Shown here: in pieces, positions 40,525-48,790 of the stretch | Layout: each line of letters opens with the position of its first letter | Numbering within the stretch: position 1 is the first letter of the stretch | Origin: Candidatus Latescibacterota bacterium | Lineage (GTDB): Bacteria > Latescibacterota > UBA2968 > GCA-2709665 | Direction: 5' to 3' | NCBI GenBank assembly: GCA_965222075.1 | Contig: OZ244937.1 | Coordinates: forward strand, 4,128,001 to 4,192,000 | DNA length: 64,000 nt | Made by a program: the position numbers and the translations under genes | The notes under the pieces: model-generated | The model's input: only the letters and a program-made list of their open reading frames with translations | Databases searched by the model: none | What the model was told of the DNA's origin: nothing

Positions 40525-41271
40525 TCAGGACTCCTCACCTGGTACGAAAGCCAGCAGGATCGTGTCGGCAAACATTCGCCAGACGATAGCAACTTCATCG
40601 AACCCAGCCTCGGTCATCGCGCTGATCATGTTCTCCGCGCCATGTTCGTACTCAACATCCTTCCCAGTAGCCTTCATCTCTCGCTTGTACTCCAGCCTGG
40701 CATCAATCTCTTGCTGAGTAGCTACGCCTGAAGCAACTGCACTTTGGAGATGACGCTGGCGGAAGCGCGACGACTCCACCCGAACCCTTGCCCCCCAGTG
40801 GGGACCGACCGACATCGCGTCGTAAAGGACGAAGCAACCGCCTGGCCGGAGTGCACCCTCAATGCCTGCAAAAAGCGAGGGTAGATCGGCCCGAGGCACA
40901 TGATGAATGGCCTTTGCCGAGAAAACCACATCACACGGCGGAATGTCACAACTGGTCATGTCCGCTTCCCGTACCTCGATCCGACCTGAATATGACGTCA
41001 GTTTCCGCCTGGCGAGGGAAAGCATCTCCGGTTCGCTGTCCATGCAGGTGCCGGTGGCGTGACGGAAGTGTTCCAATACTCGCGCAGTCGGCTCCGCTGT
41101 GCCACAGCCGAGCTCCACAAACTCAAATATATCATCGGGATCGAAGGGAATCAGATCCACAATCATGTCCAAGCCCTTGCTGTAGGGTGGACTTAGGATT
41201 GGCTGGAGCCGATCATACGAATCTGCGACAGTTGCGAAATAACTGCAACATTCAAATGATGAGGAATCCAT
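40525..41271 (-). CDS. Class I SAM-dependent methyltransferase (cassette)
   Basis: ELGCGT, AIHH and LRPGG motifs. Confidence 0.85.
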   Translation of the reverse strand: MDSSSFECCSYFATVADSYDRLQPILSPPYSKGLDMIVDLIPFDPDDIFEFVELGCGTAEPTARVLEHFRHATGTCMDSEPEMLSLARRKLTSYSGRIEVREADMTSCDIPPCDVVFSAKAIHHVPRADLPSLFAGIEGALRPGGCFVLYDAMSVGPHWGARVRVESSRFRQRHLQSAVASGVATQQEIDARLEYKREMKATGKDVEYEHGAENMISAMTEAGFDEVAIVWRMFADTILLAFVPGEES

Positions 41272-41383
41272 GGTTTACCCTCGACTTGACCAAACATTTT
41301 TTTAGATGTATGGCTTGCGCATTGTTTGCGCGATTTCATTTTTCGGAATGCGGAGATCGAGTTTTGGCCTCTACACCGCTTTC

Positions 41384-41469
41384 GTGTAACGTTTCAGTGC
41401 CCCCGAACCGCGAATGCGGTTGGGCGCAGGGCCGAACGGTCCGAAGCCGGGGGCACGGTCGTGTTATGC
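41384..41469 (-). repeat. attC site 8
   Basis: gtgtaac...gttatgc with a gtgccccc/gggggcac stem. Confidence 0.85.
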
Positions 41470-41483
41470 GGCGTGTCTTGGTT

Positions 41484-42281
41484 TCACACTGGCTTTTGAA
41501 CAGCCACCGTGAGCCAAACAGGAAGTGCTGTCCTGGGGTTCTTCTTCCAGTCCAGTAGACTCTCGTCCGTCCCCGGTTGATAGGAGGAATCCTGCCAGTG
41601 CCTCGAGTCTTCCGCAGGACTCTCCAGAATACGGCGAAGAGAGAAGCCAGTACCTACCAACGGATTGAGCACGTCAGCCAGCGTCCAGTTCCACGTAAAC
41701 GTGCCATTTTTTTCATCACAAATCGGTCCAGTCTCCCAGTATGGTTTCTCCACTTCGATAGGATAAACTTGCTCTTTCCACGGACGCTGGAAAGGATGGA
41801 TGTCATAGAAGACGTAGTGACCCCCTGGCCGCAGGATCCGAAAGACTTCGCCAAACACCGACTTCAACTCGGCAATCCAAACGAAGAAGCCGTTGGAAGA
41901 GCACACGAGGTCGAACGAAGCAGCTTCAACAGAGTCCAGGCTTGCTGCATCGGCTCCAATGAACTCTATGCTCAAGCCTAGCTGCTGGGCTCGCTTGGAG
42001 GCTACGTCGAGTTGTCGCTCCGAGATGTCGATCGATGTGACCTTTGCCCCAAGTCCACATAAGGCAAATGCAGCGTAATTATCACCGCTGCCTATCACGC
42101 ACACATCCTTCCCTTTTGGCTCGCCCGAAACCTGACGGACCAACCCAAGGGCATCACCTTGAAACCCGAGGTCAGGCTCGCGCGGACACCGTTGCCAAAG
42201 GTCGTCCTCATCTCGAAGTCGCTCCCACCCGTCAGCTGCGTTGTTCCAGTGACGTCGGTTAGCGCTGTGCATGCTGTTCAT
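41484..42281 (-). CDS. Class I SAM-dependent methyltransferase (cassette)
   Basis: DISERQL, FDLV and LRPGG..VFYDIHP motifs. Confidence 0.85.
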   Translation of the reverse strand: MNSMHSANRRHWNNAADGWERLRDEDDLWQRCPREPDLGFQGDALGLVRQVSGEPKGKDVCVIGSGDNYAAFALCGLGAKVTSIDISERQLDVASKRAQQLGLSIEFIGADAASLDSVEAASFDLVCSSNGFFVWIAELKSVFGEVFRILRPGGHYVFYDIHPFQRPWKEQVYPIEVEKPYWETGPICDEKNGTFTWNWTLADVLNPLVGTGFSLRRILESPAEDSRHWQDSSYQPGTDESLLDWKKNPRTALPVWLTVAVQKPV

Positions 42282-42309
42282 AGCTCAGTACCGGACCTCA
42301 GGGCATGCC

Positions 42310-42387
42310 GCATAACGTTCAAGAATTCTCGAATCTGCGGAGCAGGTTTCTCCGGAGCAAAGCGAAGGCGAGAATTCTGTGTTATGT
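42310..42387 (-). repeat. attC site 9
   Basis: gcataac...gttatgt with an agaattctcg/cgagaattct stem. Confidence 0.85.
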
Positions 42388-42499
42388 GCTGGGCTGTTTT
42401 TGTCATCATAAGGAAAGAAATAGAGAGACACCCATCACATTTTCTGCTTTTTTGAAAGCATCTGTCTGGAAGCTACCCTACACCCGATAGAGAAGACTT

Positions 42500-43285
42500 T
42501 TATCTTCTTTTTTCACCAATTTCACCGATGGTATCGCCGGTTATTTTGATGGTGTGGGTGTCTACTCGCTCAACGTCCTCACGGGCAGCTCTGGCCTCGG
42601 CACTGGCAGCGGACTGATATTCGGTCACGAAAATATACGGGGATGGGATTGTATAAGGTGTGATTTCCCCGATCCGCCCCATGGCTTTGCGAGCGCCCTC
42701 CCGGATCAAATCCCGAGCTTTGGTGGGAGAGAGGGTGAGAGCACCCGTGCGGCTGAGCCCCTCTTTCACGACAACGCCTTCAATGGCAGGAACGTAACGT
42801 CGGGCCTCGTCCACAGCAGCCCGATCCCCGCTGACGAAAACCGTGGGCACGCCAACCTCACCGGCATAAGCCATGTTGAAACCAATTTCACCGATCAGTT
42901 CATCGTTCAACCAGCAGTTGGCAATGCTTCGGGAGCTCCAGCTGTGACACAGCACACCATCAGGTGTGTTGTCCATCGCGTGATGGCCATACAAAAACTG
43001 CGCCTCAAATGTCAATCCCATCTCCCACACAGATCCCCTGGGGCGGCCGAATATCACCCGGGCTTCACGGTGGATATGTTCGATATTGATTCCACCACTG
43101 CCGTGTCCGTCCAGCACGATAGGATCTGTGGCGCCTCCTTCCATAGCACCGTCTATGAGGGCGTTGATCTCCAGAGTGGCCAGATATTTGGCCTGTTCGT
43201 TGTCGCGACCCCCATCGTAAGTCTGAGTTTTGAAATCTACGATGCCGGCAGTGCCCTCCAAATCGCACAAGATAAGAATTCTCAT
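42500..43285 (-). CDS. M55-family D-aminopeptidase, DppA-like (cassette)
   Basis: DLEG, DGHG, HAM...HS, IGE and VSGD motifs. Confidence 0.85.
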   Translation of the reverse strand: MRILILCDLEGTAGIVDFKTQTYDGGRDNEQAKYLATLEINALIDGAMEGGATDPIVLDGHGSGGINIEHIHREARVIFGRPRGSVWEMGLTFEAQFLYGHHAMDNTPDGVLCHSWSSRSIANCWLNDELIGEIGFNMAYAGEVGVPTVFVSGDRAAVDEARRYVPAIEGVVVKEGLSRTGALTLSPTKARDLIREGARKAMGRIGEITPYTIPSPYIFVTEYQSAASAEARAAREDVERVDTHTIKITGDTIGEIGEKRR

Positions 43286-43392
43286 GGAAAGCCTCCTGAT
43301 GAACTTGACGGGAAGATATTATCAAATTGTGTTCACGTCTGAACGTATCTTCACCGATTTCTATTTACTCATTCACACAAAAACAGCCTTGC

Positions 43393-43486
43393 ACATAACG
43401 TTTTCGCCGTGCCCGAACCGGCGCAGCCGGTTGCGCGAAGGCCCATCAGCGCCGAACGGCGCGCAGCGTGAATTGCTGTGATATAT
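43393..43486 (-). repeat. attC site 10, non-canonical R'' (ATATATC)
   Basis: acataac...gatatat; same internal hairpin family. Confidence 0.75.
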
Positions 43487-43527
43487 GAAGTGGAATACTC
43501 TGCATCTGATGGAACATATGTGTGGGT

Positions 43528-44094
43528 TCATTTGTACTCAGCCATTCGGTCGAATGCGGTGGGGCGACGTCGGGATTTTCAAGCATCAATTAGAGCGTCC
43601 ACATTGTCCTGGTTCGGTTGCGTCGAATCAATTTCCAGATCGTACTCCGTGAAACCGTGGACTACTTGATAGTCCATTCGAGCTTCCCCAACTCGTCGAT
43701 TTCCCCTCTCGCGCTCCCTTCGCTCCAGCTCAGAAAGCGGACAGTGTATACCAACGAAGAACACGTCAAACCCAGCGAGAAGCCTCACCAGATCCGACAT
43801 CCACTTCTCACTCTCCACGATGTGATCAACGATGAGATTGTTGCCTGCTTCAGCCAATACCGGCAGACAGCGATGAAACCCATCGAAAACGGCGGGACGC
43901 ATGGCCGACCAATCGATTTCCCCACTGTGAATACGGGCCATTGGCAGGGCGTTGGAATCCCGAAGATGGTCAAAAGAAAAATGCCAGAACGGTATTGGTA
44001 GTTTCTGCTGCAAAAGGCGGGCAAGCGTAGACTTTCCGGCGCTCGACGGTCCGTTGAGGAGTATAATCTTTCCTGGTTCGCGATTGGCGTTCAT
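43528..44094 (-). CDS. Chloramphenicol-phosphotransferase-like kinase (cassette); premature TGA at 43579
   Basis: LNGPSSAGKST, GNNLIVD, ERRERERGNR and YDLEIDS; 16 more in-frame codons follow the stop. Confidence 0.75.
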
Positions 44095-44157
44095 GGATTT
44101 CAATTGCCCAAGAAATATTCTGAAGATGCCATGGGTAAGCCTCTGCTTATCCATTTC

Positions 44158-44242
44158 ATATATCGTTTCCGCCGTGCGCGAACTGCCGCAGGCAGTTGAA
44201 CAAAGGTGCGGATACACCGAGCCGCACACGGACGTGTTAAGC
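44158..44242 (-). repeat. attC site 11, non-canonical R' (GATATAT)
   Basis: atatatc...gttaagc; ccatttcatatatc pairs 13/14 with gatatatgaagtgg at 43480. Confidence 0.75.
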
Positions 44243-45299
44243 GCCGGTGCGACTCTGCCAATCCCAACTCACAACCTTACGAAGCAACTCCATCCTCTCC
44301 GAGATGTGGTAGTTCAAGAGCAATCGGCGTAGCACGACTACTGTCAGAAACCACCGCAGGACGCCGTCCTCCCAAATGGGTTCAGGCTTGTCCGTCGCCG
44401 CCGTGTACGCCTCGACAAATTGCCTGCCCAAATCCAGCGACACTTCAGGGAAAAGACCTTCTCGACCTCCGTACTGGAGTGACGCGAATGCCACATCATA
44501 GAGCGAGTAGTCAATGACAGCCATGTCGAAGTCCCAAACGTTAGCGATCTTCGACTCCCATATCCGCAAGTTACAGGGGCGGTAATCTTGGTGGGTAATC
44601 GATAGCACTTCCCACTCGTCGCATAATGACTAAACCGAGGAGGCATTGGATTGTACGAAGCGGAGTTGGGATCTAAGGAATACTGTGTCATCCTCACTTA
44701 GCTCGTTCCACCGGAAACCTCCAGAAATTTGCTCCGACGACTCAGCCCACCTGGTCGAAGGTAGGTAGTACCAACCCAAGTCCTCTCTATCTGACTCGGC
44801 TCGGAGTTCGTCCCTGTATTTACGACCCGCCGAGTGAAGCTCCGCCAGAGTCTGGGCTGCGTCAGTAATCAGATCGTGTGAGTCCCAAGGCGGATTCGCA
44901 TCGGATGGCATGTAAGGGTTCAGCACCCACCAGTCTTCACCTCCCCAGTAGCAGTAACTTCCATCCAGTGTCTGAACCGGCAATGAAACTCGGTCAAAAC
45001 CGTTGTACTTGAGGACCTCCATCAGCCGGAACTGGTAGCTTTTTACTGTCTGCCTGGAATTCTGTCTGCAGGAAGAAGTGGCTGAAATTCAGCCAACCGC
45101 AGACCAACCGAGAAGCAGCAGGTTTCTCCGGAAACTCGGTGTTACTGTGGCAGTTTGGGAATTCGCCTTCTTTGGTTTTTCTCTTCCCCTGGGATGACTC
45201 CAGGAAGAAGTGGCTACTGAAATGAGCTCGAAATTCAGCCAACCGCAGACCAGTGAGACCGTAGGCGGCGGTGGCTATGTCCTTCCAGCGATTGTCCAT
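44237..45299 (-). pseudogene. APH/homoserine-kinase-like phosphotransferase cassette, broken
   Basis: AQTLAELH, HQDYRPCN, WDFD and YDVA; in-frame TAG at 44630 and a scrambled frameshifting segment at ~45040-45190. Confidence 0.7.
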
Positions 45300-45327
45300 G
45301 GTCGACTTGGAGAGTTGCAGCACTGGC

Positions 45328-45416
45328 GCTTAACGTTCCCGCGGGCTGCGAACCTGCCGCAGGCAGGTTGGATTGTAGGCCCGAAAGGGCCGGAGCCGCA
45401 GCCCGGCGTGTTATGT
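45328..45416 (-). repeat. attC site 12
   Basis: gcttaac...gttatgt; pairs with gttaagcgccggtgc at 44236. Confidence 0.85.
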
Positions 45417-45497
45417 GAAGTGCAAGCCTTGGACGTGGTAAACAATACAGCGTGCGACATAGCCTAATTTCTCTTCGTCAAAAATGCAAGCACCCAG

Positions 45498-46653
45498 CTA
45501 CGACCCAATCAATGCAGCCTGGAATTCAGGATCATCTTGAACGTCTTCGAACTCCTCGGCTCTACCATGTTTCCCAAAGCGAGAGTATACAACGCCCTGC
45601 TTGAGGAGTGATAATACTTGAGTTCGATCCCTTTTCGGTCGCCCAAATTGATGCAGCAAGCCACAGGTAAGAGTGACTCGAAGGAATTCCCAATTCAATT
45701 GCTCGACGGAAAAGCGGTATCGCCAAATCGTATTGCCGAGCGCGGTAAATAGGTGCCGCAGTATTATGATACAAACCCCACAAAACGCTTACTTCCTCCC
45801 GTTTCAATTCTGCACGGTGCTCATACTGCTGTTCCAAACGAGAAGTGACGATCTGTGCGACCCGCCGTAAATTGGGAATATCATCTAGAATTCGATATGC
45901 CTCAATCTCAACAGCCCTTGCATCAAACTCAGTTTCTGCGGCCTCCTCCCAAAATTTCTCCTCCCGACTGAGTCGATCCAATGCCTCTGCTTCCTTGAGT
46001 GCTTCGGTCGGTCTACCTGAGTAATTCAAAACAACGCATGCAGTGCGGATGTAGTAACGCCTCTCCACCTGGTTGTGGGTGGTCGGAGGGACTTCACGGG
46101 TTAGTTCTCGGTAAATATGAAGCCATTCGTCCGATCTGGCTACCTCTATCCAGCATCGGGCTTGAGTTCCATCATACATAATTCTAAAGAGCAAACATTC
46201 GTCTGCGGGCACTTCTTTTCTGTACGGTCTCCAATCGTGCCCAAAATCGAAAGGCCATTCAGCCGGAAGCCACCAATCCGGAGAAGGAAGAATTTGACGG
46301 CCCCAATCAAGATACTCCTTTTGAGTTTTGACTGCCTCTTCACATCGGCGCAACATAGCCAGATTGTCTATCAGATTCCACCTTGTCCAATTTTCTTCGG
46401 ATATTCCCAGTGATGGAATACCAAGATATCGATCTAAGAGATCAACAATTGCTTCTTTGTCGCCCAGTCGAGAAAATAGCTCAAAACCTTTGTGAACGAT
46501 CTCCGAATTCCAGGATGTTTCTTCAAGTTCATCATACAGTAAGGTTCTACTATTTTCCAGAAGTGCGCGGTCTGCTTTGGTGGCATCCTTTTCGAACTGT
46601 CGTCTGTAATCTTGGACGATCTCCACAATTGATGGATTTGGTTTTACTTGCAT
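45498..46653 (-). pseudogene. TPR-like helical protein cassette, frameshifted near 45630
   Basis: TPR-like YRARQYDLAIPLFRRAIEL; the natural C-terminus FEDVQDDPEFQAAL lies in another frame. Confidence 0.55.
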
Positions 46654-46807
46654 GTGAAACTCCTCTATTATTAGAGTTAGATTGATCAGGGATCTACTTT
46701 ATTTGACACCATACAAGGTGGGGAAGTTCATTGCATCAGAAATCATATAGATTGGGCAGGGCAGATTGCCGATGTTTCTGCATGCTATCGAGATTTTTGA
46801 CGTTGGC

Positions 46808-46893
46808 GGGTAACGTTTTCCGGTTTGCAAACCCGCGAAGCGGGTTGGTGCGCAGGCGCGAATGCGCCGGAGCCGTGGGTGCTCGTGTTACAA
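46808..46893 (-). repeat. attC site 13
   Basis: gggtaac...gttacaa with the family hairpin aacccgcgaagcgggtt; weaker outer stem. Confidence 0.7.
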
Positions 46894-46931
46894 GTTGCTC
46901 GCAGCGCTCAGCAGAGAAGTGGATTACCGTT

Positions 46932-47462
46932 CTACAGACGTCTGGAATTGATGGTTAGCTGAGTCAGAAGCAGGGTCGAGGTGAGCATAACCAGAACAAG
47001 CAATACCAATACAAGCCCCAGGGGTGATATGGCAAGGGACTTCGTGGCATGCAGCACCTGTCTTGTCACAATGGGAATCGTCACGGCAGCGCTCAGGAAG
47101 GCTTCCCCCACTCCGCGCAAGGCCCCGATCATTCCGCGGAGTTCCTGGTAGCCCAGGGTGGCTGAAACACCCCCAGCCAGAAGAAAGACACTAGCGACAT
47201 AGGCCACAATAGCAGCAGTGGCCCCATTGCTTTTCGTTGTGCGCTGCCGAGCAGCAGATGCAACAATGAGCGTTGTGAAACCGGCGGGTGGCACGCTCAG
47301 CGTCTGCCCCTGAAGTGCTCTCTCCAGCCGCCTTGCTGCCTCAAAGTGCATTTGGCAAGTCTTACATTCACGTATGTGGCCCTCTACATCGGCCTTCTCT
47401 CCAGGCGAGAGCGAATCCTCAAGGTAGTCCTGCAGGTCGGATTGGATGTGCTCACAGTTCAT
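46932..47462 (-). CDS. zf-HC2 (ZAS) anti-sigma factor, membrane-bound
   Basis: C...HIRECKTC zinc motif plus TM helices; ATGA overlap with the sigma gene. Confidence 0.85.
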   Translation of the reverse strand: MNCEHIQSDLQDYLEDSLSPGEKADVEGHIRECKTCQMHFEAARRLERALQGQTLSVPPAGFTTLIVASAARQRTTKSNGATAAIVAYVASVFLLAGGVSATLGYQELRGMIGALRGVGEAFLSAAVTIPIVTRQVLHATKSLAISPLGLVLVLLVLVMLTSTLLLTQLTINSRRL

Positions 47463-48025
47463 TCAGTAGCCGTCCCTTCTTCCAATGCCCACTTCCGCAG
47501 TAGCTCCCTTGCGCGGAACAGGTAAGTCTTCACCGTCCCGATCGGTATGCTCATCACGTCCGCAACCTGCTGGTAGCTTCGATCCTGTAAGTAGAAGAGT
47601 GTCACTACCAGCCTGTAATTAGGCTGTAATCTGCCCAGCCACCGGTTCAGATCCTTTGACACATCTACTCGATGGAAGGCGGGATCAGACTGAGATGCCA
47701 GGTCCTTGTCGATGGCATTCTCAGCGGGATCCTCGTCCAGGCTCACGTGTTGCCTTGATTGATGCGGACGTCTTAGTTCCTCTAGACAGACACGGGTAGT
47801 GATGCCGTAGATCCACGTTGATAGCTTCGCCTGTCGTCTGAACCGAGGCAAGCCCCGAAAAACCCTCAAAAAGACCTCCTGGGCAAGGTCTTCCGTAGCT
47901 GTTGGATTCTGCACTACACGATCAATGATGCTGAACACCAATGCTTTGTGCTGATCCACAAGTTCAGCATAAGCATCTTGTAATCCTCTGAGACACCTGT
48001 CAATGAGGTCGTTCTCATCGGCCAT
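47459..48025 (-). CDS. ECF RNA polymerase sigma factor
   Basis: AEDLAQEVFLRVF, STWIY and GTVKTYLFRAR motifs. Confidence 0.9.
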   Translation of the reverse strand: MADENDLIDRCLRGLQDAYAELVDQHKALVFSIIDRVVQNPTATEDLAQEVFLRVFRGLPRFRRQAKLSTWIYGITTRVCLEELRRPHQSRQHVSLDEDPAENAIDKDLASQSDPAFHRVDVSKDLNRWLGRLQPNYRLVVTLFYLQDRSYQQVADVMSIPIGTVKTYLFRARELLRKWALEEGTATE

Positions 48026-48058
48026 TTCGCGCCCTTGATCAAGACTGCGCTCCGACTG

Positions 48059-48102
48059 CTTTCACAACAAGAGTGAGTACCTTTCACAACATGAGTGAGC
48101 AC
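48059..48102. repeat. 22-bp tandem duplication upstream of the ECF sigma gene
   Basis: ctttcacaacaagagtgagtac / ctttcacaacatgagtgagcac. Confidence 0.8.
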
Positions 48103-48160
48103 TCGAAGTCAGGATGTTTCAAGAAAGTTGAAACAAATACCATTGCTACCATCACACATG
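48090..48160. promoter_or_regulatory. Divergent ECF-type promoters TGAAAC-N17-TCACWCATG
   Basis: Same motif and spacing on - (48121-48090) and + (48129-48160). Confidence 0.6.
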
Positions 48161-48209
48161 ACACAAGAGCCCACGAGTGCCTATCAAAATCTATCGAGGA
48201 GGCTATCTG

Positions 48210-48644
48210 ATGAAGCCGCGATCCGGTCTTTGTTTGCTTGTCGTCACCATCCTGGCTTTTGTCGCCAGCCCTGCGGAAGCTGTAGACGAATCAACAATGG
48301 AGATGGTTGTGGGAGGGATTCTATTCTTGCCACTTCCCATAATTGCAGCAGGAATCATCCTCTATCCCATCCTCAAGCAGTACAATCGAAGGAAAGTGTT
48401 CATTGCCGCGATCGAAAAGGGAGCATCCCTCGTTGACATCCCTCAAGAGGCAGAAGGCGACCTTCGCAAGCCATCGCTTGTGCTGATCGCTATCGGATTG
48501 GGGTTCTCGATTGCTACGTTTGTGACACTCTCCTATGTCGATGTTTCTGAGGCCCCTCCGCTGATGGTAAGCATTTGGGGTATTGTGCCCATTCTCGTCG
48601 GTATAGCACTCATGATTTACAGGCGGCTAGCTGATAGTGATTGA
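48210..48644 (+). CDS. DUF6249-like membrane protein
   Basis: TM helices, AAIEKG, LIAIGLG and GIVPILVGIAL; GAGGAGG RBS; divergent from the ECF sigma gene. Confidence 0.6.
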   Translation: MKPRSGLCLLVVTILAFVASPAEAVDESTMEMVVGGILFLPLPIIAAGIILYPILKQYNRRKVFIAAIEKGASLVDIPQEAEGDLRKPSLVLIAIGLGFSIATFVTLSYVDVSEAPPLMVSIWGIVPILVGIALMIYRRLADSD

Positions 48645-48677
48645 TTGAAGGCGTTGGTAGAGAATCAAGTTTTCAGC

Positions 48678-48729
48678 AACTTGCATTGCACATAACGAAG
48701 CGGCGTGAACTATCTTCCTGAGGTTATTA
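48678..48729 (-). other. Array-proximal recombination junction (GTTATGT core; possible attI or truncated attC)
   Basis: acataac at 48690-48696 lacks the family hairpin; composition returns to host-like just beyond it. Confidence 0.45.
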
Positions 48730-48790
48730 TCAATCTCAACGCCCCGAGTGGGCACAGGAAGGAGCATGAAGAAGATAGCAAAACAGTGAA

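Larger units (their letters stand above)
29100..48696 (-). mobile_element. Integron-type gene cassette array without an adjacent integrase (CALIN)
   Basis: 13 TAAC...GTTA-type hairpin sites separate mostly single co-oriented ORFs; cassette ends are mutually complementary; lower GC than flanks; no tyrosine recombinase in the window. Confidence 0.9.

Noticed and set aside
30608-46893. Recurring GC hairpin repeats as a CRISPR array
   Set aside because: The repeats are 74-103 bp, divergent and separated by whole genes, with no cas genes; they fit attC.
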